This document shows positions 33,854 through 46,653 of a stretch of 64,000 bases of DNA, in pieces. Each line of letters opens with the position of its first letter. Within the stretch, counting starts at the first letter, position 1. The DNA is from Prorocentrum cordatum (taxonomy: Eukaryota): assembly GCA_963575745.1 (NCBI GenBank), contig CAUYUJ010000248.1:372001-436000 (forward strand), in the 5' to 3' direction. The notes below the pieces were generated by a model. The model did no database searches. It was not told the origin of the DNA and saw nothing but the letters and a program-made list of their open reading frames with translations. Position numbers and translations under genes: made by a program.

Positions 33854-34997
33854 ATGAGGGCGGAGCCGGGAGCTGCGACGGCGGCGCTCGGAGTGTTGCT
33901 ACTGATCAGGTACGACGTGCTTGGCCCTGAGATATCTCATGTGAGGGTGGTCACTGGCGTCTCGGGTGCGGAGCCGCCCCTTCTCTCGACGTTCACGAAC
34001 GACGGGTTCCACTACGCCGAGGACGTCGGGCTGCGGCACGACGACATCTCAGAGGTGAGGTGGCTCGCTCGACCAGGAGACATCCCGCCAGGCATCGACC
34101 TACGGCAGATCTACAGGTTCCCGAACCCGGCCGACGCCGCCACGCTCGAGCAGGGCAAGTGCGACAGTGCCGTCTGCGACCCAGGCAGCGCGGGTGTGTT
34201 CGGGCGTGCGTGCGGGCGCGCCAGCGCCCCTCGCCCCGCCTGGCTCGGTGGGGGTGGCCACGGAGGACCGCTATGGCTACACGCGTGGGGTGGAGCTCCA
34301 CGACCCCCTCCCCGTCGGGCACGCGCGCCTCGGCAACTGCGCAGTGGTGGAGCCCCCAGCGGGCAAGATCGCTGCCCGCCTAGTCGCCCGAAGGTACCTC
34401 GAGAGCTACGTGGTCGAGGACAAGTGGGTGAGCCACGTGAAGTTCAACAGCGAGGATGTGCGCAGGAGGCCCTTTGCAGGGGCGGTCGACAACCAAGTGT
34501 CTGACCAACCAGGGGGAGGGACCATGGTCCAGGGGCCGCACTCCGCACTGCCGCTCGCGCCGTCATGGCGCGGCGCGGGGCTCTCGGCGCTGGCACATCA
34601 TGAGAGCGGGGTCCGCGGTGCGAGGCTCCCCGGCGGCGACCGCTCAGGGCACGAGCACGAGATGATCTGTCGCGTGCTGGGGTCGATGCTGACGGTGGAC
34701 CCGCTCAACACAGGCGTGCCCCAGTCCGCGGGGCTCCTGGCGCCGGGCCTGCAGCTCATCAACGACGCCCCACGAGGATCGCCCTCGGACCCGTACTACT
34801 CCGCGGCCGACCTCTACATGGAGCTTCAGACGAGGAATGACGGTGCCTCGGTGGAGCCAGCGTTCCAGGAGCATGTCGCCGAGAGCCTCAAGGAGGAGGC
34901 CGCCACCCAGAAGGAGAAGCGCAGGTCGAAGGAGGAGACCACGGTGAGAAGGTCAGACAGGCATCCCCCAGGCGGAGCTGGGGGGACTGGATCATGA
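33854..34997 (+). pseudogene. gag-like ORF of the YR element (frameshifted)
   Basis: First ORF after A1. Helical C-terminal part HEHEMICRVLGSMLTVDPLN...FQEHVAESLKEEAATQKEKRRSKEE. Called from its position in the element. Confidence 0.5.
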
Positions 34998-35089
34998 TGT
35001 CCTCAGGCTGGAGTCTTGAGCCGAGCTCCAGCCGTCAACAGGCCTCTGAGCGGGGGCGTCCCGCCGCAGTTTTGTCCGCCAAGCCCGAC

Positions 35090-36640
35090 CGCCAGCGTGA
35101 CCTCTTCCCGCTGCCGAAGGTCGAAGTGGATGCACCCACGAGGCAAGGGGCTTCGGAGTGCGTTCGCCGCAGGCTAGCCCGCCGTCGCCGACTTCAGGCC
35201 GAGTGCAATGGGGTGATAGACGGCATCAACTTACTACACCCTCCGCTGCAGCAGCACGGTCCTGCGAGCGCCGCCCAGAGGGAGGCCCATCGGGCAATTT
35301 TTCCCAGGTGAAGGCTGCCCCAAGAGCCAACACCATGCACGCCCGCCGTGACGCCCCTCGTGAGCTTCTGGCAACCAGCTTCTCGTACACAGGCGAGGAG
35401 GCAAAGAGTCCGGCTGTGCAGCACGACAGATCCCGAGTAGACATCCCCAGAGTGGGGTCGGCGGCGCCTCGGGTCGAGGCTGTGATTGACCCGATCGGGA
35501 GGGAGTGTCTGCTGCACTTCGAGGCCCTCGTCTACTTTCTCCAGCCTGGGCCGTCTCGTGGACGGCGTGCAGGGGATGGTCTTCTCACGCCCCGAACGTA
35601 CGGAGAGGCTCAGGCAGGCCTGCCTTTGGCTTGAGCGTAGGCCGAGGGTCACAGGCAAAGAGATTGAGCGTTTCGTCGGGCACGTCATTGACGACATCAT
35701 GCTTCGGAGAGAATTGTTGTGTATCCTCAGGTCCCTCCATGACTTCATCCGTCAGCATTACACCGAGAGAAGACGCCCGTGGCCCTCGGCAGCGGCGGAG
35801 GTTTTCCAGTGCCGCTCGCTGCTCAGTGTGAGGTTCAGTAATTTGCGAATGCCGTGGAGCCCCACGGCGGTCGCCAGCGATGCTTGCCTCTCGGGGATGG
35901 CCGTGGCAACAACCAACCTGCCCATCTCCGTCGTCTCCTCCATCGGGAGAGTGAGTGAGAGGTGGAGTTACCGTGTGCCGACGGCTGTGTCAGCGAGGAA
36001 GTCTGCTCTCGGGGACGGCTTCGCGAAGGGCTCCAAGCAGGGCTCCAACGGGAACTCGCACGAGGCCAGCGTCGGGGAGGGCTCCAAGGAGGACGCGCAC
36101 GGGGACCCGTACGAGGCCAGTTTCGGAGAGGGCCCCAGGGAGGACACGGGCGGGGACCCGCACGAGGCCAGCGTCATGGAGGGCTCTCACGGGGCCCACG
36201 GCGACATCAGCATGGATGTCTTCGGGGACATCAACACAGCCATGAGTATCAAGGACCCCGCCTGCTCTGAGGACCCCTGGGAGCTCAACCCCGATTTCGA
36301 CGAGGTCCCACACAGCGTGCTCAGCGAGGAGTCCTGGACCGAAGTGTTCGCGGCGCCCTTCCACGTCTCGGAAAGCATCACGGTCTTAGAGGGGAGGGCC
36401 AGCAACGCGGCCTCTAGGCACATCCTCAGGTCCACGAGGACCTTCAACAAGCGACACCTGAAGCTCGGGGACAATCTGGGGACCGTCTTAGCGCTATCTC
36501 GGGGCAGGTGTTCTGCCTTTGGTCTGCTCCTGTGTTGCCTAGACAGGCAGCTTATTCCGTCGCCGCCAATGTTCGGTTCGAGAATCGCTGGATACCGTCC
36601 GAGCTGAATCGCTCAGACAAGGGCTCGCGGAGGTGGGAGC
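35090..36640 (+). pseudogene. RT (core deleted) and DIRS-type RNase H
   Basis: SLGRLVDG...RLRQACLWL...TGKEIERFVGH (RT thumb/connection). PWSPTAVASDACLSG, ITVLEGRA, LGDNLGTVLALSRGR and RWIPSELNRSDKGSR (RNase H D-E-D-D). No YxDD core is present. Confidence 0.8.
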
Positions 36641-36829
36641 GCCCCCATGGTGAGCTCTCGCCGGCGCCGCGCGCCCACCCTCCGAGTCGGCCAGGCTCGG
36701 GGCGCGCTGCGCTAGGCGCAGCTCCGCGGGCGGCGCTTCGGGGGCGGCGCGCGAGGGGAGAGGTCGGCCAGGCGATCTGCGGCCACAGGGAGCCTCCAGC
36801 TGACAGCTGCTGGCGCCCAGTCGTTCCTG

Positions 36830-37620
36830 GTGGCCAGCGCCGTCGCCTCCGACACGCAGCAGACGTACGCAGAGGGCGTGGCGGAGACCAGGCAGTTAGT
36901 CTCCGCGGACGGGCCCCCCCAGGCCACGTTGGCGGCAGCCGACCTGGCGCGGACGAACTGCGCCAACTGCGCCTGGGCCAAGGATCTCGGCAAGGGCGCG
37001 GGCCAGCGGGTCTACGCGGCGCTCGTCTCAGAGTCCCCCAACTCTTCCCGTCGCGATGGGCCCCGTCTCCCGCGCCTGTCGGGGGCCCCGCAGGGGTCGG
37101 AGAGGATCTACCCAGGAGCCACTCGCCTCCAGATCCCAAGGGTGCTGACAGCCTAGATCGCCCAGATCATCATCACAACCCTCATGCACCCAGGAGCTGC
37201 GGCGAGGGCGCTCACCATGTGTTTCGCCGTTCTTCGTCCTGCCGATGCGAAGGGTCTGCTGGAGGAGGACGCGCTCCCGCCCACGACGTCGTCGCTCGTC
37301 TTCGCCGCGAACCTGGCGTCTAGCGGGCACGGCGTGGCGATCAAGGTCAAGCTCTCCGACGAGTCCCTCTGGATACCGCAGAGGAGGTGGGGCTGGGCGA
37401 TGCGCGGCTGGGCCTCTCCGACGGTGCGGCGCTGCAGCTGCGGGGCGTCTGGTCAGCCGCGCTCCACGCCCCTGGCATCCCCAGCAGGTTCGCGCTGTAC
37501 CAGCTCCGCCACAGAGGCCCCTCCCACGAGCGGCATCTCGACGGGAAGGTGCTGGCGAGCCCAGGCCTGCGGGGCGGGCGCAAGCGGCATGTCAGCGGCC
37601 CCGCCAGCCGGACGAGCAGG
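36830..37620 (+). pseudogene. Tyrosine recombinase remnant
   Basis: FAVLRPADAKGL (box I Arg) and LYQLRHRGPSHE (box II HxxR-like). Frameshifted. Confidence 0.7.
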
Positions 37621-37673
37621 GCCCGCCGCGCCGCTTCGGGCCACCGCCCGGGCTCAGCTCGGGGATCCCGCCC

Positions 37674-38397
37674 TTCGCCGAGCTCATGTGCGGGTCCGCT
37701 CACCTCGCAGCCGCCGTTGGCGAGTGCGGGCTTGCTCCCGACGGCTGGGACTACATCGACGGGGCTGCGGCTGACCTCGAGATCCCCGCCGTGATTGAGG
37801 GCTTCAGGCAACGCATCCGACAGCGTCGCCTTTGTGGGCTTCATTTCGGCCTGGACTGCAAGACGTGGTCGAGGGCCAGAAAGAATGACGGGCTAGGGCC
37901 ACCTCCGCTGCGGAGCGACCAGCACTTTGTTGGCCTGCCCGCCCTCTGCCCCACAGATCAGAAAAAGGTTGACAGCGCTAATTTGATGTTAAGCCGCATC
38001 CTGAGCCTAGTCAGAGAAGCCATCGAGGCTGGTCTTTTTGTTCTGCTTGAGAACCCTGCCACATCTTGGCTCTGGATGACGCCGCAACTGCGTGAGCTCG
38101 CAAATGTACGCAATGCTAAGTTGCATCGTCTCGATTACTGTCAGTGCAATGTGCCGTGGCGGAAAGCTTCGGTTTTTCTGGCCTTTAACCTGCCCGAGCT
38201 CGACGGTGTTCTCCGCACTTGCCCGGGCACTCAAAGACGATGCAGCGCTTCGGGAAAAAAGATACATCACTCTGCGAGGCAAGGATGCTCAGGGCACCTT
38301 CTGGACGCCCCGTGCCTGCCCGTATCCACCCGCTCTATGCTCCGAGCTGGCGAATGCGATCAGCCAGCGGGCCAAGACACTGTTTGGAGGTGGGTAG
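37674..38397 (+). CDS. C5 cytosine-methyltransferase-like domain; one frameshift in an A-run at ~38254-38260
   Basis: FAELMCGSAHL (motif I), GWDY...ADL (II/III), HFGLDCKTWSRAR (IV, catalytic Cys), LLENPATSWLW (VI), DYCQ..PWRK (VIII-like), and TPRACPYPPALCSELANAI. The stop codon abuts repeat B1. Confidence 0.75.
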
Positions 38398-38562
38398 GGG
38401 CTTCAGCTTTTGGAGGCAGCGGAGCTGCTAGTGTCTCGAGCCGCCTGCCTAGCAGGCGATCCCGATTCAGAGCTTTTGAAGTGGTCATAGGCTGGTGGCC
38501 CTGGCTGTGAAGCAAATTGAGCATCGTCCTCACATTGGCATGGTCAGTAAAGCGTGAATCAT
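38396..38562 (+). repeat. Split direct repeat B1 (second copy B2 at 38693-38859, both 167 bp)
   Basis: AGGGGCTTCAGCTTTTGGAGGCAGCGGAGC...CATTGGCATGGTCAGTAAAGCGTGAATCAT occurs twice with a few substitutions. Confidence 0.97.
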
Positions 38563-39919
38563 GTGTAGAGCTCGCTCTTGAATGATTAGCGGCACGGGAC
38601 ATGCCGACAACAGAAGCACTGCAATCATATATGCTCAAGTTTTTAGCGGCCCCACCGTCCTTCCCCTCTCTCCTCCTTCCTTTTCTCCCCACAGGGGCTT
38701 CAGCTTTTGGAGGCAGCGGAGCTGCTAGTGTCTCGAGCCGCCTGCCTAGCAGGCGATCCCGATTTAGAGCTTTTGAAGTGGTCATAAGCAGGTGGCCCTG
38801 GCAGTGAAGCTACATGAGCATCGCCCTTACATTGGCATGGTCAGTAAAGCGTGAATCATATATATATATATATATATACATACATACATATATGTGTGTG
38901 TGTGTGCGCACATATCTGTGTAACCGGCTGCTAAATCGCATACATGTGTACATGTTGGAAGACAGGAAGGCCCAGGCTTGATGACACCATGGCGCAGGCC
39001 ATAAAGTCTACAATGGCGCAGGCGCACATGTGCACTGGCTCAGCAGTGGCGCTATGGGATTGTAAGGAAGTAAGCTCAGCGATGCAAGTTTTCATGCTCA
39101 CTGCAGCAGCGGGTCGGGAGCCAATCATACAACGAATGGAGGCTAGCGCGGCAGGGAAGCTTGAGAGCTCTAATGCATTGGCTCAGGCCTGTAAGGGCGA
39201 TGGCAGAGGAGTGCTCACGCGTGGGCCCACGTGTCTGCTGATCGGATGGTTCAGGCAGGTTGTTATGTTCTAAAGCTTCAGATTCTTGGTGGTGCAACGT
39301 CTCAAGCGGTTGGTGGTCATTCCGCCCAGTCCGCATCGGGGCCGCCTCGTTTTTTTGTTTTGGGGGGGCCTCTTGAATTGAGGCTCTCTGGGGTCGTAGT
39401 GGGGCCCTCTTGGGACGTCTAGGGCTGCTCGAGGCCGTTTGAGAGCGTCTTGAAGTCACCCCGCATGCACCTTCTCTTAAGTCGTTTTCGCCCCCGCGCC
39501 CCCCTGACTGGTCTTCGAGGCTGGTTGGCAGCACTCGTGAGTCACCCCTGGGCCACCTCGATGCGACGTTGGTTGCTTTGAGGGCCGTCCTGGGCGCTCT
39601 TGGGACCAACAAAATGGCAATGCTGTAATTTTGGAAAGCAGGAGAATCAATGTGCTCTGCCTCTCAGGGGCTTCTTGGGATCTCTCCCACATTGTTCTTG
39701 TGGCGCCTCGGGGGCCACAGGGGCAACGTCGCCGCCCCATCTCGCTGTTCTGGAGCCGCCTTGGGCCGCCTCGTGCTCCATCTTGGAGACCATCCGGGGC
39801 TGCCTCTGGTGCGTCGGGGCCGACCTGGGAGCTTCGAACGACGGGCCCAGGCCGAAGATCAGTTCTCTGTTGCAACGGCAACAGCCCCGGCATCCTTAAT
39901 GCATTTGCACGTGCCGGCG

Positions 39920-39968
<49 letters not shown>

Positions 39969-40304
39969 ATGTCTTTTGCTGCGCCCCCTCAGCGCTGCCA
40001 ACTCGCGACGTGATTGCGCGCGCAATGCGCGCCGGAACTCTTCGCGACATACGACGACATTCCAGGGGGCTACTTGTGCAGCGGCGCTATCCGATGGTCG
40101 CCCGAGCTCGATCGCCCCGATACTCGCGACAAGACCCGTAAAACGAATCGCACAACAGACGAACAAAGAAACGGGTTGTCTGATCCGATGTTGGTTCGTC
40201 GCCCGCTGCTCTGCCCCTTGCGCTGTCTGGTCGTCGCAGCGTTCAACGGGGAAGAATCATAGATTGGCGCGCACATATATGTATATATAGTTCGGGGAGA
40301 GAAA

Positions 40305-40560
<256 letters not shown>

Positions 40561-43500
40561 AAAGGGAGAGATCACAAAACCACCGACGATACGCATCCAA
40601 ATCACAACACCGCGCTGCACAACGGGTAGAACACCAACGAACGGCAATGCGAAGGGAGCGCACAACGCCCGAGTTCCAATGTAACAAGATGCGCGTCTGA
40701 TCCAGCACACAATGTTCGACGGGACATCCCCCCGGCTTCTTGTCCCATTGCGTGCCGACCGCAATGTTCTATGTAGAACACAACGCTCTGTCTTTGGGAG
40801 GTGCGTCACTAAACATTTTCAGTGAAAATTCAACCTCCTACGCACCTTATCATATCCACAAGGGAAAGCCGCGTGCACCTCGCAAGACCATCACTTACGA
40901 CACGTCGTCCTGTCTGTCCTGGACTGACGTGAGCGCGGCCACTCCACCTCCAAAAAAGATTCGATGTGCTCGCCAGCCTGCGCTCCACAACCGACGATGC
41001 GGAACTTGGGCGCCAGGTCTGCCAACCAAAGACACAACGCATGCACGACGTGCAGACTCGGGGCTCTGCGCGTCAGGTGCCCAGGGCGACGTGCAACATG
41101 TCCGCGCGCAAAATCTAGCAACGCTGGTGTTGCAATGCTGCAGCGCCCCTCCGTCGCCCATCTCCACCCGTCGTGAGGTTGCGGCGAAGTCCTGCCGAGT
41201 CTAGACTTGGCTTGGAACGAGCTCTACTTTTCGAGCAGCCCATGAGGATCCGAAGAAATAGCATTGTTCGAAGGACATGTTTGCTCACGACACGCTGGCG
41301 AAAGCCTTTCAACAACATCGGGATGCACACCTCCCCGCAATCCCCAGTTCCATTTTACATCCGAACGAATGCCACATTTTGAGGCTCTGGACGCCTAACG
41401 CTCGAACGCACAACTCATTGTTTCTACCTTCCGCTGTGGTTCACGTTCGACGGTCAACAATCGAAAACGACAGCGCTAGCTTCCTCAATCTGCGCGAGGG
41501 AAGAAATTCTCGACGTCGACGGCGAAGCGGGAGCGGGGAACACGCAGGTTTCGCCCCCCCCCCCTCCCACCGGCAGCCGAATCTGGCCGAACTCTGCGCG
41601 TTCCTTCCAAGTTTTCACAACATCCGCAATCCCCCCAACGTCCATGAGTTTTGCTTGTGTACACACACTGGGTGCACTTGCAAAAATCAGAGACCCCGTC
41701 GGTCGCGACCGGCCTCTAGCCCCGAATAGCCTCCCGAAGTCAGGAACATGTTCGGCCGCCACCAGCCCCGACTGGCAGCCTGCCCTGGATCGTCTGGACC
41801 TTTGCTTTTTGACGCCGCTCATCCCAAGAAGCCCCCAGGTGCCCCTTGACGATGGGGTGCTTCGTTGGCCCCCATCGACTAGTCCTGAGCGGCCGCGGGC
41901 ATTGTCTCGTCTGTTGAACTCCGTTGGCCAACGCAGGCTGGCCAAGACTGGCCGCCTGCCTTCGAACGTCGGGAAGTCGGTTGGGCACCGCTGTTCCCGA
42001 CTAGTCCCGACTAGTCGGTTGGGCACCTTGTAGCCCTGACCAGGCCCGCGGGGCCGCTTGCCCTGGATCGTCGAGCATTTGGACGCTGCGACAAGCCCTG
42101 ACTTGCCAAGAGCGGCGGCTTGCTCTGGATCGCCAGCAAGTCGGGGGGCTGCGGCTACCATTGCAAATCCCGACTGGTCGCTCCCCCTGGATTGCCAAGG
42201 GCTCCGGGGAATCGCAAGTGGCTCCGACTAGCTCCACTGGCCGCTTGTTTTGAATCGCTTGGAAGCAACTTGGCCGCTGCTGCCTCGACGCGCCCCTGCT
42301 GGCCCTTTGCCCTGGTTTGCCGGGTGTTACCCTGGCCGCTTACTTTAGATCATCGGGAGTTCTGTTTGACGCCGTTGGCCTTGCGCAGCCCTGCATTGTT
42401 GCTTCTCCTGCATCGTCGGGGATTCGATTGGCCATCATTGTCACTACCTTCGACCTTTCACGAATGGCCACATTTTTGGGGTCGCTCTCTGAGTCGCCAC
42501 GCTCTGCTTCGCCTGCCGCCGACCCCGACTCGCCGCCATTTTCGGCTTGTCTGGGGTCCCTTAGGCCGCCGTTGGCACCCAAGGGCTCCGATTGACCTCT
42601 GGCGGCTTTTTTGCAAGACTCGGTTGGCCACGCTAGATTTGGCGCGAACGCCGCTGGCCGCCCATGGCCTCGAACGACTTCTGGCCCTGGCTCCCCAGAG
42701 CCTTCGCCGCGTGGCATGAGCCCCCAATCCGCATCACGTGTCAATCCGACGACGGTTGAGGCTCGCGCGCTGGTATCATTTGCACTTGTACGATATAGCT
42801 GGGGACACCACACAACTCGCGACAAGGAACACAAACCATGCGATACTGAGTTTGCCAGCCTGGACCCCAAACGCGGAGGTCTTGCACTCTTGAAATGACA
42901 CCTCTGAGAAACACCGTACGTGGTACAACAAGAATGCGGTGCAATAGATGTGGCGTGGTGCGGTCCACACTACTTGTTTGGAAGTCGTCAAAACATCACA
43001 CCCACCGACCAGTAACCTGTTGGCAGCGCCCAGTGGTCGGCGACAACGGCGGTGACGATTACGCTGGTGATGTTGATTACGACGGTGAGGACGATGTCGA
43101 CTACGACGCCGATTGTGGTAGTGATGCGGCTGGTTGTGATGATAACGACGAGGCGCGCGCGCGTGGCCCAAATGGTATTGATCATAGAATGGGCGGGCGA
43201 ACGATGGTGGCCACCACGTTTTCGATATGCGCGCACAATTGGCCCGCATGGGCCGATTTGACCGAATGGTAACAGACCTATGCCTTTTTCTTGCGGTTTA
43301 AGCGAGCGCGCTCGCATAACTCTGGCGACTTCATGGTTGAAGAATGCACGTTTCTCTTGCTATTGTCGACTGGCCATGTCCTGAAATTGTTGACCAACCA
43401 AGGACGTTTGATGGATGTTGACGTGCGCGCGGCGGTTCGCGCATGCGCACCGAAATGTGTTTTTCTTCGTTTGAAAATGGTTGGCAGAACCACTTCTTAG

Positions 43501-44253
43501 ATCCACGCGCGTTTACCGCATTGTGTTTATCTGACACGGATGAGGTGCGTGGGGGGGGGTCGACCAGGATGACTTGGGGTGGTGTGATTTCGCATTGGAA
43601 TTGAATGATGCGGCAGAATCATACGCACATTGCAATACGACGAATGGGTCTACGTCGGGGGGGGGGGGGGCAAAAGGTGCACACCCATCCGGCCGGAATG
43701 GTATTCTTTTACTTTTCGGATGAACGGTCGCGCAGAAGAGACGCGGCAGACCATCGAAGCACAATGCGAACAGGTGCACGGATAAGTCTGGCCTCGGCGC
43801 GGTAAGAAGGGGGGGGTCGGGTCTCATTCATTTAGGCGAAATGACCGACCAATGTTGCGCAAACTATTCGGTGAATTTGTGGTGGTGCAGCCTACGCGGC
43901 ACAATCTAATTTGCTCGGTCTACGCGGCGAAATCAGCTCGAAGAGCTGAAAGTCGCCAGCTCGAGTGACGATCGCGCATCCCGCCCACACATCAACAATT
44001 TACTGGAACTACTTAAGATGCCGTGAATACACATACTTTATTGCTCTGCCGTATCCCCGCCCCCCTGAAGAAACAAATGAGCAGAAGGGCAGACTCCGTT
44101 TCGCTCCTCTGCCCCCCCCCCCATTTCTCCTCCTTTTTCTCCCTCCCCCCAGCCGCCTCTGCATCCACGAGCATTTTCCTCTCGCGAGCGGCGCCCCCGC
44201 CGCGCCCGCCTCTCATCGCGTTCGCCAGTGCTCGGCACATCGCGCGGGCATTT

Positions 44254-45638
44254 TCAGATCGCGGCGTTGCGCGCGACGAAGTCACTGGGCGCGGCCAGGC
44301 CCCGCATCGCGCTGGCCATCGCGCCGCCGACGTTCACGTAGAGGACGCACTCGTCCATCCGCGCCTCGCTCAGGCGGAGGCGGCCGCAACGCTTGCGTGA
44401 CCATGCCTTGGCGCGGGGGGCGTTATCCGACTGGCGTGGAATCCCGTCTTCTTGCCCTTGCATTGATTGCCTTCGCGAACCACCGCGGGGGGGGCTCTCG
44501 AAACCGAATCCCCCCGGTGCTGAACGCGTCGAGGTCCACCTGTCCGACGCGACCATCGACTTCTCGCGCGCGCGGCCCACCGAAGCTTCCTAGATCTCTT
44601 CGAGACCCCGCGGCTCGCCATTATGGGCGTCGGCCTTGCGCGGCAGGAGCTCGTGCGCCACCCTCTTCCTGAGGCCCTGGCGCGCGTGCGCGTCGGCCTT
44701 GTTGCCCACGAGCACGGCGACCCAGAGCCAGCGGCCGTTGCTCTTCAGATTGACGGCGGGCCTCCTACGAATGGCCGCGTTCTCCCGCGGGGTGTGGGCG
44801 GGGTGGGGTGGGGGGCTCTCCATCGGCTTCTTCGTCGGCCCCTTTCATCGGTTTATTCTGGAGCTTGGAGGAGCCCGTCTGCACCTGCTGGGCGTTGTAG
44901 ACCGCTCGCGCTGGCAACCGCATCAGGATCTGTTCCCGCGCCAGCTTGGCGGTCCCGCGCGGCCCTGCGTGCGCCGCAGTGGCCCCGCCTTTGTTCGCGG
45001 CCCTGGATTCGGGCACTCATCCGTCCGCCTTATCGACGCCAATCACTGTCTCGTCGATGACCACGGCGCCCCCCCTTCTTGCCGCCGACCACGAGCGCGT
45101 CCAACACAGGCAGCGCTTTCCCCGGGCATTCCTGGTAGAACTGCTTCCAAGCGGAGATTGTGTCCCTGCGACTGTTGCCGAAGAGGTCGGCCATCTCGTC
45201 CAGGACGTCGGTGGGGTTGCGCCCCAAGCGGATTCGTTGATCAAGTACAGGAAAGGCATCCACGAATTCACGGAGGACTTCGTGAGGAAGCCGTGCGAGT
45301 TCACAGGTTCGCAAAAGTGATTGTGCCCGAAGGTCTTGCACGACCAGCGGTCGGTGTTCCACCCGCGGTTGGCGCGGGCTTCGAACTTCGCCGGCCCGCC
45401 GCACTCAGCGTATCCGCTAGGCCGAGCAGCGACGCCGTAGCGGAGGAATATGGCAATTGCGCGCACAGCAGGTGTGCCCCAGCCCATCTGGAAACGTGAG
45501 GGGGCGCCGCAGCACGTGTTCCTCGAAAGCGGTGTTGCTCTTGAACCACTCGTCGCATATGGAGCGTTGCCACTGCTTGAAGGAGACGGGCGCCACGCGG
45601 ACGCCCGCGGGGCCTCCAGCGCGAGCGGTCTTCGGCAT
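44254..45638 (-). pseudogene. Decayed Merlin / IS1595 (ISXO2-like) DDE transposase
   Basis: Across frameshifts: N-terminal Cys/His region (CCARNC...WSCKTFGHNH), HTH-like DEMADLFGNSRRDTISAWKQFY, VVGGKKGG/AVVIDETVIG, GRWLWVAV, KSMVASDRWTST, and KTGFHA. TIRs were not located. Confidence 0.65.
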
Positions 45639-45750
45639 CGGACCAGCGCCCCCGACGCGCGCCCTGCCGATGCTGCCTTCGAGCCAGAACAGCTGCGGCG
45701 CAGGCGAAGTGATGGGTGGAGGAACAGCGAGGTCGTCGCGATGGCACCAT

Positions 45751-46653
45751 TTAAGTGACGACTGGACGACGCGTTTCAACACGCTGTAGAATCCAAACAA
45801 TACAATCCTGAATGCGTTCCTCGCTGGGCAGGCCACCCTCATGTCGCGCTAGCAGACTACGCCCCTCGCCACGGGCCGCTCGCGGCCGAAGTCCGAAGGA
45901 CGGCCCGGCGTGCTCGCGCATGCTGGGCTCGTGCGCGCCCGCGAAGAATGCAATCTCACGGTGCGGAGGCAACCCCAGAAATGTTTGCGCCCCCCTCTCC
46001 ATGCACCTCCACGTAGTAGGCCAACCCACAGTGTCGACCCAGGGAACGCCGTGCTCGGCAATGAAGCCAAGGTCGCACACGCGCGTAGGGCGATCATGGC
46101 AGATGCAGACCGCCGCCACCTCCAAGTCCCTGTGCGGGCGCACGATGATCGGGGGCAGCAGGCTTGGGTCGGAGGGCAACCAGAGCGGGCCCGCGAAGCC
46201 CACCGCGACGAACTGCTGGAGGCTCTTGTGGAAGTGCTTGAAGCTCGGCCACCCGTCGACGGAGATGCGCATGCGGTTCTGAAGGGGGCGCAGAAACAAA
46301 CGCGGGTCGACGATTGTTTTCTTGCGCAAGGGCCGCCCCCCAAAGGTGCGGGGCTTCTGACAGCAATGCATTTCGAACAACCAGTCCTCCCCGGCTTGCA
46401 GGCGATGGGACTGCGTCGCGCTCAATTTCCACCAGAAGGAATATGGAGGCACTGGCGCGCCGGGCCGAGAATCAAACAAGAACGCAAACTCGAACGCCAG
46501 TGCAGCGAGTGGCGAGCCGCAAGAGAAACGAGTCGACGCTCGCGGGGAAGCTTCAGCCCGAATTGCAAGCGGCGCAAGCCCGCGATGAGACGACGTTGAG
46601 GGGGGGCGACGACAGCGACGTGAACGGGGGCGCTGGATTTCCGAGAACGGCAC
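45751..46653 (-). CDS. Hypothetical ~300-aa protein upstream of and co-oriented with the Merlin transposase
   Basis: Uninterrupted ORF with globular, aromatic-rich composition and GC-ending codons. No motif recognised. Confidence 0.35.
   Translation of the reverse strand: MPFSEIQRPRSRRCRRPPSTSSHRGLAPLAIRAEASPRASTRFSCGSPLAALAFEFAFLFDSRPGAPVPPYSFWWKLSATQSHRLQAGEDWLFEMHCCQKPRTFGGRPLRKKTIVDPRLFLRPLQNRMRISVDGWPSFKHFHKSLQQFVAVGFAGPLWLPSDPSLLPPIIVRPHRDLEVAAVCICHDRPTRVCDLGFIAEHGVPWVDTVGWPTTWRCMERGAQTFLGLPPHREIAFFAGAHEPSMREHAGPSFGLRPRAARGEGRSLLARHEGGLPSEERIQDCIVWILQRVETRRPVVT

Larger units (their letters stand above)
33618..38859 (+). mobile_element. Tyrosine-recombinase (DIRS-order, Ngaro/PAT-type split-direct-repeat) retrotransposon, non-autonomous, carrying a DNMT-like domain
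   Basis: A1 33618-33711, B1 38396-38562, A2 38558-38650 and B2 38693-38859, in A1-[ORFs]-B1-A2-B2 order. Internal gag-like, RT-end/RNase H, YR and MTase remnants. Confidence 0.9.
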
